Part shown: in pieces, positions 18,553 through 28,972 of the stretch
Layout of the letters: each line of letters starts with the position of its first letter
Position numbering within the stretch: position 1 is the first letter of the stretch
Source of the DNA: Phormidium sp.
Lineage (GTDB): Bacteria > Cyanobacteriota > Cyanobacteriia > Cyanobacteriales > Aerosakkonemataceae
DNA length: 64,000 nucleotides
Assembly: GCA_051013385.1 (NCBI GenBank)
Contig: CP143273.1
Span: 192,001-256,000 of the forward strand
Direction: 5' to 3'
The notes under the pieces: generated by a model
Told to the model about the DNA's origin: nothing
The model's input: only the letters and a program-made list of their open reading frames with translations
Databases searched by the model: none
Position numbers and translations under genes: made by a program

Positions 18553-18800
18553 ACCACTCCCAAAAACCGGATTTTGCCAGCAATTTGGCAAAAACCCGGT
18601 TTCTTCCTCTCTTCTCTTCCTCTGCGTTCTCTGCGCCTCTGCGGTTTCATATTATACTCTTACCCAACAGGGCATAATCCCTGTATAATGCTGTGACTTG
18701 ACAAAAAAGGCAATTAGCCGTTTTCTATTTCCAGTTAGTAAATTAAACTGACTTAATACAAGCAAGTCAAATTGCTTTTGGTGTGATAGGAGTGTTAAAA

Positions 18801-20210
18801 ATGGATAGTGCAGAACCAATCAATAATGGTTCCGAGTCTCAGTCGGCTAATTTTCCATCAGAAACGGGGAAAACTTCTCCAGTTCAGCGATGGCAAATTT
18901 TAAAAAATGGTGCAGTAAAGCGAATTCAGTCAGCGGCGAAAAATCAAAGTTTTTTGTGGGGTTTAGCATTTGGTGTAACAACCGCTGTTGCTACTAGTTT
19001 AGGAATTACTTTCGGGATTTTTGCACCTTTACCTTTTGTCGCACCAGAACACCAAACGCGATCGCTAACTGATATTATCCAAAAATTCGCTGTTCATAAA
19101 ATGACGCGACCAGTTAACATTTTAGTCATGGGAGTCGATCGAGTTCCTGATGCACCGAAAGACTCACCTGCTGGTTTAAATGGTCGCAGCGATACATTAT
19201 TATTATTGCGTTTAGACCCCAGTGATAACTCGGTGAAAATGCTTTCTATTCCCCGCGATACTCATGTAGACAATCCCTTTTTAAGCATTGATAAAATTAA
19301 CCAAGCAAATGCTGATGGTGGTGCAGCTTTAGCCGCTGAAGTTGTTAGTAGCACTTTGGATGGGGTACAAATCGATCGCTATGTCAGAGTCACAACCGAA
19401 GCGTTCCGCCAATTAGTTGATTTAGTCGGTGGTGTAGAAGTTTTTGTGCCAATAAAAATGGACTACAAAGATGTAACTCAACGTTTAGAAATTAATTTAG
19501 AACCAGGTTTACAAACTCTCAATGGAGAACAAGCAGAACAATTTGCGAGATTCCGTCAATATGAAAATGGCGATATTGGTAGAGTACAAAGACAACAGTT
19601 ATTACTAAAAGCTGTCAGACAACGTTTAACAAATCCAAGTATTTTGCCTCGCTTACCCCAAATTATGTCAGTGATGAAAAACTATGTGGATACTAATATT
19701 AATTGGGAAGAAATGTTAGCCTTGGCAAAGTTTGGGCTAAACTTGCAACAAACTGATATAAAAATGGTAATGTTACCAGGTCGATTTAGTGAAATAGGAG
19801 AGTTTGGTGGCAGGAGTTATTGGGTAGTTGATGAGGAAAAGCGCGATCGGATCATGCAAGAGTATTTCGGTGTAGAAGTTAAGGAAATTGCCACAGAGAA
19901 TGATAATAATCCCGAAACTTCAGTTCGCATTGCCATTCAAAATGCCTCTGGTCAACCAAACATAAGTAATAGCGCCGCTCAATATTTAAGAAAATTAGGT
20001 TTCCGCAATATTTATGTAATCCGTGATTGGCCGGAAACCCAAACAACCACCCAAATTATCGTCCAAAAAGGTGATCTTAAAGCAGCAGAAAAATTACAAT
20101 CAGCTTTAGGAATAGGTAATATTGAACCTGCATCTATTGGAGATATTAAATCCGATTTAACCCTGCGTATTGGTGAAGATTGGACACCATCAACAGCAGC
20201 TAAATTTTAA
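18801..20210 (+). CDS. LCP (LytR-CpsA-Psr) family protein with LytR C-terminal domain
   Basis: RSDT, SIPRDT, DIGRVQRQQ, C-terminal IGED; one TM helix; start uncertain (18783 or 18801). Confidence 0.9.
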   Translation: MDSAEPINNGSESQSANFPSETGKTSPVQRWQILKNGAVKRIQSAAKNQSFLWGLAFGVTTAVATSLGITFGIFAPLPFVAPEHQTRSLTDIIQKFAVHKMTRPVNILVMGVDRVPDAPKDSPAGLNGRSDTLLLLRLDPSDNSVKMLSIPRDTHVDNPFLSIDKINQANADGGAALAAEVVSSTLDGVQIDRYVRVTTEAFRQLVDLVGGVEVFVPIKMDYKDVTQRLEINLEPGLQTLNGEQAEQFARFRQYENGDIGRVQRQQLLLKAVRQRLTNPSILPRLPQIMSVMKNYVDTNINWEEMLALAKFGLNLQQTDIKMVMLPGRFSEIGEFGGRSYWVVDEEKRDRIMQEYFGVEVKEIATENDNNPETSVRIAIQNASGQPNISNSAAQYLRKLGFRNIYVIRDWPETQTTTQIIVQKGDLKAAEKLQSALGIGNIEPASIGDIKSDLTLRIGEDWTPSTAAKF

Positions 20211-20314
20211 GTTCGTCAAGTTCGTTGTGACGACTAGCGCTAACGCGCCGCTACGCTAACAGTCGTTGCCTTATCAAATAATAGGACTAAAGTCCTCACA
20301 ACGAACCAGTTTAA

Positions 20315-21394
20315 TCAACCACCATCGATCGACCAATGAGGCGGATCGTATCGCAAATGAATTACACCATAAGTAGCACCTACTTGCCAAAGAACAGTAT
20401 TTTGATAACTAGTACGAGGTGTGCCAATACTAACAATAGTTCCCTGAGCATTTTTCACATTTAATGTTCCTTCCCAAGTAATTTCCCAATCAATTGCATA
20501 ACCTTGAGTATGGCGAGAAGTTAACGCCACAGGATTAGTACCAATACCATAAGCATTTGCCATATCTCGCGCCGCTTGCACAGAAGCAGCATTTGTATAA
20601 TGCACCCAATCAATAGCTACGCCGGGATAAGAAGGCACATTTTGTGGTGCAATTTCTCCACGAGAAATCCTCGCGGAATAGTGCATTAAATAAGCTCTTT
20701 GTGGCGGTCGATAAACACTAGCAATTACTATTTTGGCACCTGCGGCCCGTAATGCTTGCTCAAATGCTTCGACTCTTTGGCGAAATGGTGAAACTAAATC
20801 AGCAATTGTATTTCTACCAGGAAAAAAGTTTACCCAATTAGCACCACTTAATTGTTGCCTTAATCTTCTTGCATATTCGGTAATATTATCTAAAGCTGCT
20901 GGCAAAGAAGCGCCTAATTTCTGTTTAGTTGCTGCCGAAAGAGTTTGTTCTAATCTAGGACGAAAATTGATATCTATCTTTTTGTAAGTTTCGCCTAATC
21001 CTTCTACACTCGTCGCCCCAAAATCACCATCAATTGCTAATGGCGGAACCAAAGATCCCATAACATTTAAACTTCGCTGCAAATCTCTAATTTCTGTTAT
21101 CCCAAAATTGAGATAACTTAAAATCATATTAGCCGTACGATTCGGGACAAAAAAGAGATATCCCTGTTCTAAAGCTTTGCGATAGGTTGTAGTATCTACC
21201 ACTCCATTTACAGGTAAATTATTTCTTTGCTGATAGTTGCGAGTGGCTGTATCCGTTACAACACCAAAAGAGCCATCAGCTGCCCCAATTGCAAAATTTT
21301 TGGACTGCAAAAATTGCTGCCAAGCGCTGACATAAAGCCCTGTCGATCCTTTTCTAATTGTTTCTAATTTTAGAACATTAATATTAAAAGCCAT
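20315..21394 (-). CDS. Peptidoglycan-binding protein with M15-like Zn peptidase domain
   Basis: DGSFG/DGDFG PG-binding repeats; S.YR, SRHTQGYAID, DPPHWS. Confidence 0.7.
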   Translation of the reverse strand: MAFNINVLKLETIRKGSTGLYVSAWQQFLQSKNFAIGAADGSFGVVTDTATRNYQQRNNLPVNGVVDTTTYRKALEQGYLFFVPNRTANMILSYLNFGITEIRDLQRSLNVMGSLVPPLAIDGDFGATSVEGLGETYKKIDINFRPRLEQTLSAATKQKLGASLPAALDNITEYARRLRQQLSGANWVNFFPGRNTIADLVSPFRQRVEAFEQALRAAGAKIVIASVYRPPQRAYLMHYSARISRGEIAPQNVPSYPGVAIDWVHYTNAASVQAARDMANAYGIGTNPVALTSRHTQGYAIDWEITWEGTLNVKNAQGTIVSIGTPRTSYQNTVLWQVGATYGVIHLRYDPPHWSIDGG

Positions 21395-21497
21395 AAATCA
21401 ACCTTACTAAATTATTGGATTTCCTCCCAAATTAGCATAAACACAGAATTTATTTGCCACTTCCTAAACGAGAAGACTTGGGAGGATAGCTTAATAG

Positions 21498-22484
21498 TTA
21501 TGCAGGAGGTAAAATCAATCTCTTGAGGACTAATTCTTGATTATCTAAAAATGGATTCATTTGGTTAAAATCGTATAATCCATTTTTAATATCCCCGGCA
21601 TATTGACGCATGAGAACTTTACAGGGTACTGGGGTAGCTACTCTGGCTTTGTCTTTATTCCAAGGGGAAATTAGAGCCTGATTAGTCCCGTAATTAGCCA
21701 CCCATAAACCATGACATTGTGCGCCAGCTTTCATGGCTGTACTCAGGTTTTTAGTAGTAGTACTATCTGCTGCATTCAGGTAAACAGCAGGCAAAAATCT
21801 GACCCTAGTACTACTTTTAATTACCGCAGTTGACCAGCCGATATAAAAAGCAGTAGATAAAGGATCTATTGGTTCCACGTCTAGGAAAAAATACAAGCCG
21901 TCTACTTCTATGGAAGCTAAGTAACTTTCTCCAAAAGTGTTTAAAACATCTCTGGCATGAAGGCTACCTAATTGTTCTCCTACTTGTTGAGTTTCATCTA
22001 CTCTATTAGTTTGGCGAGAGATGGGTAAAACTCTAATTCCGGCATTTCGGAGAGGTTGATTTTCCGTAGCCCGGAAGTATTCTCCAGGATTAAGATTACC
22101 TTGAAAATATCTGCCCCAAAAACGTGGCAGAGCACCCATTAGTTTCTGAGCTTCTGGAATCATAAAAGCTTGGACTCTTTGCAAACTATCAGCACCAGCA
22201 ATTCCTCTTAGAGTTAAGGAACTAGGCCACTCTGGTATCCAGCCAATTATTTTTTTGTGTTTATCAAGATTAGTCCAAGTAATTCTACCAACAATGCCAT
22301 CTACCTTTAGACCGATATTTTTTTGAAATCTGTTAACTTCTGCTAATGTTTGGGAGCCAAAATCTCCATCTAAATTTATTGGCCCATAGCCACATCCATT
22401 TAACTGATCTTGCAGAAATACCACCCAATCTCCTTTCATTCCTTGTTTAAGTAGGGGGCGGTTTTGGGGTTCAACTCTCAGCAT
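21498..22484 (-). CDS. Peptidoglycan-binding protein with GH25/DUF1906-like hydrolase domain
   Basis: DGDFG...FQ...DGIVG..TW; FWGRY, FFLDVE, RQY, DFN. Confidence 0.7.
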   Translation of the reverse strand: MLRVEPQNRPLLKQGMKGDWVVFLQDQLNGCGYGPINLDGDFGSQTLAEVNRFQKNIGLKVDGIVGRITWTNLDKHKKIIGWIPEWPSSLTLRGIAGADSLQRVQAFMIPEAQKLMGALPRFWGRYFQGNLNPGEYFRATENQPLRNAGIRVLPISRQTNRVDETQQVGEQLGSLHARDVLNTFGESYLASIEVDGLYFFLDVEPIDPLSTAFYIGWSTAVIKSSTRVRFLPAVYLNAADSTTTKNLSTAMKAGAQCHGLWVANYGTNQALISPWNKDKARVATPVPCKVLMRQYAGDIKNGLYDFNQMNPFLDNQELVLKRLILPPA

Positions 22485-22973
22485 AAATTTTGTCCCACTA
22501 GAACTAAAAACAGTGTTGTCACGCTAAGTCCATATATCTTGTTTCTGCACTCATTTGAGTATACAGAATAATTGCTCGATTTTGTTACAAATATTCACTG
22601 AATAATACAGCCAAACTCTAGTTTTGTAAATAATTTAGCTAGGAAGAATTTACAGTTTCTCAGAGTTTTAGGGGTGTGGTATGACACCCTACAGTCTATA
22701 TTTTTCTGGAGCATTGTTGATTAGTTAGTAAAATTTTTAGCATTAATATGCTGATAAAAGGCAATACAAACAGGTATTTAATGCAGAGGAAGTCTATTGT
22801 GCAAGTGTTTTTGTTGAACAGTTTCCTTAGAGGATTTAATGTATTTTTAGATACTAAAGTTTACTTAACTTCGCAAACTGAGGAACTGAGTAAATGCGGT
22901 CAGTACACTAAAATAAAGCTTTAATTGTCTCTCAAGTTCAGTCTAAACTAAGGTGGAAATATTTGATAAAGCA

Positions 22974-23858
22974 ATGCTGTTAACTCGATTTTTCCGGTTT
23001 TTTAAGTACCTTAACTTTGCTGTTGTGCAGGAAGTCCTAAAGCGCACTTTCAGCCAGAGATTACCAGGTTTAGCTGCTGAAATGACTTATCACCTGATGC
23101 TGTCTTTGTTTCCAGCGATTATGGCATTTCTAGCGGCAATTGGTTTATTTAATCCCTTAAAAATTACTTTTGAAACTCTGTTAATTAGAATGACGAAAGT
23201 CGTACCAGATGAAGTAGCATTTCTCATTGGTGGTTTTATTCAAGAATTGCTGAAAACTGAAAGTCAATCATTGTTTTCTCTCAGTTTTTTCTTTTGGATT
23301 TGGTCGGCTTCTGCTGGAATGAGTGCGGGAATGTATGCGCTGGATAAAATACAGCGAATTCCTCAAGAAGAGATGCGACCTTTCTGGAAAGCTAGATTAG
23401 TTTCTATAATACTAACAATAGCAACTATGTTCTTATTGATTAGTGCTTTAGCGTTAGTATTTATTACTGATTTTTTCGTGAATTTTGCTGCTAGTCAAAA
23501 TACCTTGATGAGATTTGATATTTTAAGATTTTGGCAACGCTTAAGTTTACCTCTGGCTTTAGGAATTGCGGCGTTAACGATCGCTTTTATTTACCGTTTT
23601 GGCTCTAGTCGTTGGATTGCGGGAACTCCCATTTTACCAGGGGCAATTCTTGCTACATTAGCATGGGCAATTCTGTCTCAAGGGTTTAAAATTTATGTCT
23701 CTAGTTATGGAAATTTTAATCGAGTTTATGGTGCTGTGGGCGGTTTTATAGTGCTACAGTTGTGGATTTATCTCAGTTGTTTGGTGTTGCTAATTGGGAA
23801 CGAGTTCAATATTATTGTTGGCGAAGCAATGCAGCGACGAAAAGTGTTAAAAATGTAA
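22974..23858 (+). CDS. YihY/BrkB family membrane protein
   Basis: LAAEMTY..MLSLFP, YGAVGG; start uncertain (22953 or 22974). Confidence 0.88.
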   Translation: MLLTRFFRFFKYLNFAVVQEVLKRTFSQRLPGLAAEMTYHLMLSLFPAIMAFLAAIGLFNPLKITFETLLIRMTKVVPDEVAFLIGGFIQELLKTESQSLFSLSFFFWIWSASAGMSAGMYALDKIQRIPQEEMRPFWKARLVSIILTIATMFLLISALALVFITDFFVNFAASQNTLMRFDILRFWQRLSLPLALGIAALTIAFIYRFGSSRWIAGTPILPGAILATLAWAILSQGFKIYVSSYGNFNRVYGAVGGFIVLQLWIYLSCLVLLIGNEFNIIVGEAMQRRKVLKM

Positions 23859-23962
23859 ATTTGCTTGGTTTCTGGTAAGTAGCGATCGGGAATTAAAATA
23901 AGGTATGTACGTTGTTGCGCTGTCTTCGCTAATAAGAGCGCTGAAGCGCAACAACGTACTTG

Positions 23963-26587
23963 CTAGATCATGGCGGGTTGTTTGAGTAAGTTGAGGGCGC
24001 GATCGACTTTATCGGGCAAAATTACGACTAAACTATTTTCGGTAGCTTTGAGTAAAGCTGTTTCGATCGCTGTTTGTTCATCCAAAATAATTTCGTAGGA
24101 AAAATCAGGCTTTTCTTGTTTAATTCCTTCCGCAATTAAAGCCGCAACTTGCCCTCGATTACGACCGCGATTATCCTGATCTTCCTTGATAATAACTCGG
24201 TCGAAAATTTGGGCAGCTAATTCACCTAATTTCCGCAAATCTTGGTCGCGGCGATCGCCTGGAGCACCAATTACACCGATGCGTTCTCCTGTTGACCAAT
24301 TGCTCACAAATTGACCTAAAGCTTGATAGCCAGCAGGGTTATGAGCATAATCTAATAAAATGTGGAAATTTGCCCAATTAATTAAATTCATTCTTCCGGG
24401 AGTTTGTTCCACAGAAGCGCGGAAAGTTCGTAAAGCGGTGCTAATATCTTCCACTCTCACGCCTTGCACATAAGCAGCAAGGGAAGCAGCTAAAGCATTT
24501 GCAATCATGAAAGGTGCTTTTCCGCCCAAAGTTAAAGGAATATTTACCGCTTGTTCCACTTGAATTACATCTTCGCCGGAAAGGAAACATAAGTAACCAT
24601 TTTCATAAACTGCGGCGACTCCACCATTTTTGATATGTTCCCAAACTACTGGATTCCAACGATCCATTGAAAAGTAAGTTACTTTCGCTTTTAGGCGATC
24701 GCTTTTTGCCATTGCTGCTACTAATGGATCGTCAGCATTTAACACTACAAAACCATTAGGATTAGTTGCTTCCGCAATCACACTTTTAACATGAGCCATG
24801 TCTTCTAAAGTGTTAATATTGTGCAATCCCAAATGGTCTTCAGAAACATTCAAAACTACGCCAACATCACATTGAGAAAATGCTAAACCCGACCGGAGAA
24901 TGCCGCCTCTAGCTGTTTCTAAAACTGCTATTTCTACGGAGGGATCTTGTAATATTAATTGGGCGCTTTGTGGGCCTGTATTATCTCCTGGTTCTGCTAA
25001 AAAATCACCAATGTAAGTGCCGTCTGTGGTGGTGTAACCAACGGTTTTTTTGGTTTGGCGCAAAATGTGAGCAATTAAGCGAGTTGTGGTGGTTTTGCCG
25101 TTAGTTCCTGTGACTGCGACAATGGGGATTTGATGGGGGCGATCGAGCGGATATAACATATCCAAAATTGGTGCAGCAACGTTGCGCGGTGTGCCTTCGC
25201 TTGGTTGCAAGTGCATTCTTAATCCCGGCGCAGCATTGACTTCGACAATTACGCCGTCTACTTCGGTTAATGGGCGAGAAATATCTGGGGAACTAATATC
25301 AATTCCGGCAATATCTAAACCAATAATTCTAGCTGCTCTTTGGGCGAGCCAAATATTTTGGGGGTGAATTTCTTCGGTGCGATCGATCGCAGTTCCCCCA
25401 GTACTCAAGTTGGCAGTTGCTTTTAAATAGCAGATTTCTCCCTTTTCCAGAATGCTATTTAAAGTTAATTTTTGTTGGGCTAAAAGTTGTTCACTATGTT
25501 CGTCAATTGTAATCCGAGTCAGGATATTTTCATGCCCATCACCCCGACGCGGATCTTTGTTAACCTGTGCGATTAATTCGGCAATTGTCGATCTACCATT
25601 TCCGATGACATGGGCGGGTACTCTTTCCGCTACGGCGACAACTTTGCCGTTAATTACTAATACGCGAAAATCCCGTCCTTTGTAATATTTCTCCACCAAA
25701 ACTCCGCCAGATTTAGATTCGCTTTTTGCCAAATCATAAGCGTCTTCAGCATCACGCCAAGAGTTAATATTTAAAGTGATTCCTCTGCCATGATTGCCAT
25801 CTAAAGGTTTAATTACAATGGGAAAACCAATTTCCTCAATGGCATTTTGTAATTGACGAAAACGGTAAATTACTTTGCCTTTGGGAACAGGTAAATTCGC
25901 TTCCCGCAACATAGTAATTGTACCTTCTTTGTCGCAAGCGAGTTCAGTTCCTAACAAACTGGTGTTGCTAGTTTGAGCGGCAACAATCCGCCGTTGATGA
26001 ATGCCGTAGCCTAATTGAACAATACCTCTGGCTGGTAATTCTGTCCAAGGAATTTTCCGGGCTTCGGCTTCTTTCAGAATAGCTTCAGTGGTTAAACCAA
26101 GGGAATTTTCTGCTTTTAATTTTCTTAAATCTGCTAAATCTAGTTTTAGTTCTTTTTCGGGATAGTAAGCGCGATCGATAATATTTTCGACTAATCTTAA
26201 TGCGGCTTTTGCGGCATAACGACCTGCGGCTTCTTGGCGATATTCAAATATTACGCGATAAACTCCTGGTTTGGATGTGGAACGGGCACGACCGAATTTA
26301 ACCCGCATTCCGGCTAAGGTTTGTAATTCTAAGGCGACGTGCTCTATAACGTGCCCCATTAATGTGCCTTGTTTAACTCGTTTGAGGAAACCTCCGCGAT
26401 GTCCCGGTGAGCAAAAGTGTTCTTCTAAACTGGGTAAAATTTGAACTAATCCTTCATAAAATTCGGGAATCTCGTTAGAATAAATTTCGTTCATTTCTTC
26501 GAGATCCAGCCACATTTCAATTAATTTATGACGATTAATGCTCCAGTAGTTTGGCCCTCTTAGTGTTTGCAGTTTAATGATTTTCAT
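23963..26587 (-). CDS. cphA: Cyanophycin synthetase (CphA1-type architecture)
   Basis: GPNYWS, GHVIEH, KPLDGNHGRG, VTGTNGKTTT, DYAHN. Confidence 0.93.
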   Translation of the reverse strand: MKIIKLQTLRGPNYWSINRHKLIEMWLDLEEMNEIYSNEIPEFYEGLVQILPSLEEHFCSPGHRGGFLKRVKQGTLMGHVIEHVALELQTLAGMRVKFGRARSTSKPGVYRVIFEYRQEAAGRYAAKAALRLVENIIDRAYYPEKELKLDLADLRKLKAENSLGLTTEAILKEAEARKIPWTELPARGIVQLGYGIHQRRIVAAQTSNTSLLGTELACDKEGTITMLREANLPVPKGKVIYRFRQLQNAIEEIGFPIVIKPLDGNHGRGITLNINSWRDAEDAYDLAKSESKSGGVLVEKYYKGRDFRVLVINGKVVAVAERVPAHVIGNGRSTIAELIAQVNKDPRRGDGHENILTRITIDEHSEQLLAQQKLTLNSILEKGEICYLKATANLSTGGTAIDRTEEIHPQNIWLAQRAARIIGLDIAGIDISSPDISRPLTEVDGVIVEVNAAPGLRMHLQPSEGTPRNVAAPILDMLYPLDRPHQIPIVAVTGTNGKTTTTRLIAHILRQTKKTVGYTTTDGTYIGDFLAEPGDNTGPQSAQLILQDPSVEIAVLETARGGILRSGLAFSQCDVGVVLNVSEDHLGLHNINTLEDMAHVKSVIAEATNPNGFVVLNADDPLVAAMAKSDRLKAKVTYFSMDRWNPVVWEHIKNGGVAAVYENGYLCFLSGEDVIQVEQAVNIPLTLGGKAPFMIANALAASLAAYVQGVRVEDISTALRTFRASVEQTPGRMNLINWANFHILLDYAHNPAGYQALGQFVSNWSTGERIGVIGAPGDRRDQDLRKLGELAAQIFDRVIIKEDQDNRGRNRGQVAALIAEGIKQEKPDFSYEIILDEQTAIETALLKATENSLVVILPDKVDRALNLLKQPAMI

Positions 26588-26692
26588 ACTTTGCTCAAAC
26601 TCGCTTGCTTATTATTACTTAAGCTTCCTCAATTTTGCTGGTTGTCGTCGTCCTACAATAGGATCGCCCGATCGGGTGATTTGGGTAATTCC

Positions 26693-26725
26693 AGATCCCC
26701 GACTTCTTCAAGAAGTCGGGGATCT
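26693..26725. repeat. Palindrome AGATCCCCGACTTCTT-C-AAGAAGTCGGGGATCT
   Basis: 16-bp perfect stem immediately downstream of the cyclase operon. Confidence 0.8.
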
Positions 26726-26733
26726 CAGGGGTG

Positions 26734-26931
26734 TTAGTCGTCAGGAAATTGCCAGCAAAGAATATGTTCAACTTCTGTACTTCCACAACTACAGTTTTCC
26801 CAAGTGGATGCTACCCATTCTTTGTCACATTGGCGACAGTGGCAGAGAATATTATGCAGGTTGGCAATAGTAATTTTCATCTGCCATTCTTGGAGTTCAT
26901 CTGGGGTTAATTGGGGATTATTTTCTGGCAT
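26734..26931 (-). CDS. Small Cys-rich (zinc-ribbon-like) protein
   Basis: CHCRQC...CSCGS...CWQFPDD; 1 bp from the cyclase stop. Confidence 0.75.
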   Translation of the reverse strand: MPENNPQLTPDELQEWQMKITIANLHNILCHCRQCDKEWVASTWENCSCGSTEVEHILCWQFPDD

Positions 26932-26932
26932 T

Positions 26933-28897
26933 TTAAATTCTCCCTGTTAAGAAATAGGTGAGCATTTCTCCTTTACCTTTGATTTCTATATGTCCGCGTT
27001 GTTCAAATAAGTAGCGATCGCGCAAATATTGATAGGTTGCTTCTGTTATTTGAATTTTTCCTGGCAATCCATGAGATTCCATGCGACTAGCAATATTAAC
27101 TGTATCACCCCACAAATCATAAGTGAATTTTTTCGTCCCTATTACGCCAGCAACCACATCGCCGCTATTAATGCCAATTCGCATACTTAAAGAGTTGTTG
27201 GTTTCTTCATTATATTGAGCAATTGATGCTTGCATATCGAGCGCCATTTCTGCGATCGCGATCGCGTGATCTTCCCGCGATTTTGGCAACCCTGCTACTA
27301 CCATATAAGCGTCGCCAATTGTTTTTATTTTTTCCAAATTATGTTTTTCTGCTAATTGATCGAATTCCGAAAAAATTTCATTTAATATTTCTACCAGTTC
27401 CGTTGCCGATACTCTCGAAGAAAGCTTTGTAAACCCAACAATATCAGCAAACATTACGCTAACTTCACTAAAATAATCAGCAATAGTGCTGGGGTGACGT
27501 TTTAATCTTTGGGCAATTTTATACGGTAAAATATTCAGCAACAAATGTTCGGTTTGCTCTTGTTCATGGCGCAGTGCCAATTCTGCTCTTTCCCGTTGCA
27601 TAAATTGTCCAATTTGATTGCCAATAGTTACCATTGTTTGTAATAAGTGGTCGTCACATTCTTGACGCTGGCAGCTAAAAAAACACATCACTCCTAAAAC
27701 TTCCTTTTCATGAAGAATCGGAAATGCAAAAGCGCTAGATAGTCCATAATTGACTGCAAGTTGCGATCGCACAAAGTTAGCATCATTAACTAAATCACTG
27801 CTCCATTGAGGAACACCTGTTTGCCAAACTTTTCCCGGTAAACCCTCACCTAATTGAAAATATGTTTGCTTAGTTACTTCTATAAATTCGGCAAATTTTA
27901 GGTATGGTTTAAACCAAATTTCTAAACATTCTAATTGAGACTTTTCATTCTTTATTTCTGGTAGCCAAAATTCGCCTATATCCCAACTTAAAGTTTCACA
28001 TACTGAGAGGATAATTTTTGGTAATGCTTGCTTAAGATTGTTAGAATTTGAAAGGTAACGACTGATAAAATACTGTGCAAATAAACGTTTTTCTATCCGC
28101 CTTCTTTCTTGTTCAATTATTTGTTTTTCGGTAATATCTCTACCAATATATAAAAAATCTTGAATTCCTGGTATTTCTGTGGGAATACTAGAGCAAGAAA
28201 AGGCTACATTAAGTTGTTTTCCCGTTTTACTATGACAAATTAATTCTATATCTGACAAGCATTCACCTGTAGATAATACGGCTTCGTTAATTATTTTTAG
28301 TTGACCTTCACGCTCGCTAATAATAATAGATATATGTTGGTTAATTAAATCGGTTTCACTATATTCAAATAAATTTTCAGATGCTTTATTTATAGTTTTA
28401 ATTTTTCCAGCTTGGTTAGTAACTATTAAAGCATCTGCCATTGAACCGATAATTTTATCGATGTATTGGTTAGAAGCGGATAGCTTACTGAATAACAGTT
28501 CTAATTCATTGTTTCTTTGTATTAAAGTTTGCTCTAGGAGCATTTTTTCCGTAACATTTTCTAATATTATGAGTAATTGATTAGTCATAATCTCATCGTT
28601 CTTGATAATATAAATGTCAATGTATAAAATTGAATTAGAGCTAGTTAAACGCGCAATACCTTTGTAATCAAAATACTGGCGATCGCCTTGTAAAATTTCT
28701 CTAAGTATGTCTTCTACTCCGACTAATTCGGGGAAAACTTCACTAACATCTTTATTCAAAATTACTTCTGAATCAAATTCGGTAAATTTTTGCACTCCCG
28801 CTGATATTTCGACTACTTTAAAATTTTCGTCTATTAGTAAATAGTCTATAGATGCCAATTTTTTTTGAAAAATCTGCTCAATTTTTGATGGTTTCAT
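26933..28897 (-). CDS. Class III adenylate/guanylate cyclase with PAS and GAF domains
   Basis: FADIVGFT, KIKTIGDAYM, YDLWGDTVNIASRMES; Lys and Asp specificity residues favour ATP. Confidence 0.92.
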   Translation of the reverse strand: MKPSKIEQIFQKKLASIDYLLIDENFKVVEISAGVQKFTEFDSEVILNKDVSEVFPELVGVEDILREILQGDRQYFDYKGIARLTSSNSILYIDIYIIKNDEIMTNQLLIILENVTEKMLLEQTLIQRNNELELLFSKLSASNQYIDKIIGSMADALIVTNQAGKIKTINKASENLFEYSETDLINQHISIIISEREGQLKIINEAVLSTGECLSDIELICHSKTGKQLNVAFSCSSIPTEIPGIQDFLYIGRDITEKQIIEQERRRIEKRLFAQYFISRYLSNSNNLKQALPKIILSVCETLSWDIGEFWLPEIKNEKSQLECLEIWFKPYLKFAEFIEVTKQTYFQLGEGLPGKVWQTGVPQWSSDLVNDANFVRSQLAVNYGLSSAFAFPILHEKEVLGVMCFFSCQRQECDDHLLQTMVTIGNQIGQFMQRERAELALRHEQEQTEHLLLNILPYKIAQRLKRHPSTIADYFSEVSVMFADIVGFTKLSSRVSATELVEILNEIFSEFDQLAEKHNLEKIKTIGDAYMVVAGLPKSREDHAIAIAEMALDMQASIAQYNEETNNSLSMRIGINSGDVVAGVIGTKKFTYDLWGDTVNIASRMESHGLPGKIQITEATYQYLRDRYLFEQRGHIEIKGKGEMLTYFLTGRI

Positions 28898-28972
28898 AGT
28901 GTAATTCCTGAATATTTACATGAGCATAAAACTCTGGATAATATTTTTCTCTTTGTTTAACTAGCTGATAGT

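Noticed and set aside
20315..22484. Prophage lysis cassette
   Set aside because: No holin, structural or replication genes nearby.
26588..26690. NtcA site upstream of cphA
   Set aside because: No GTA-N8-TAC match found by eye.
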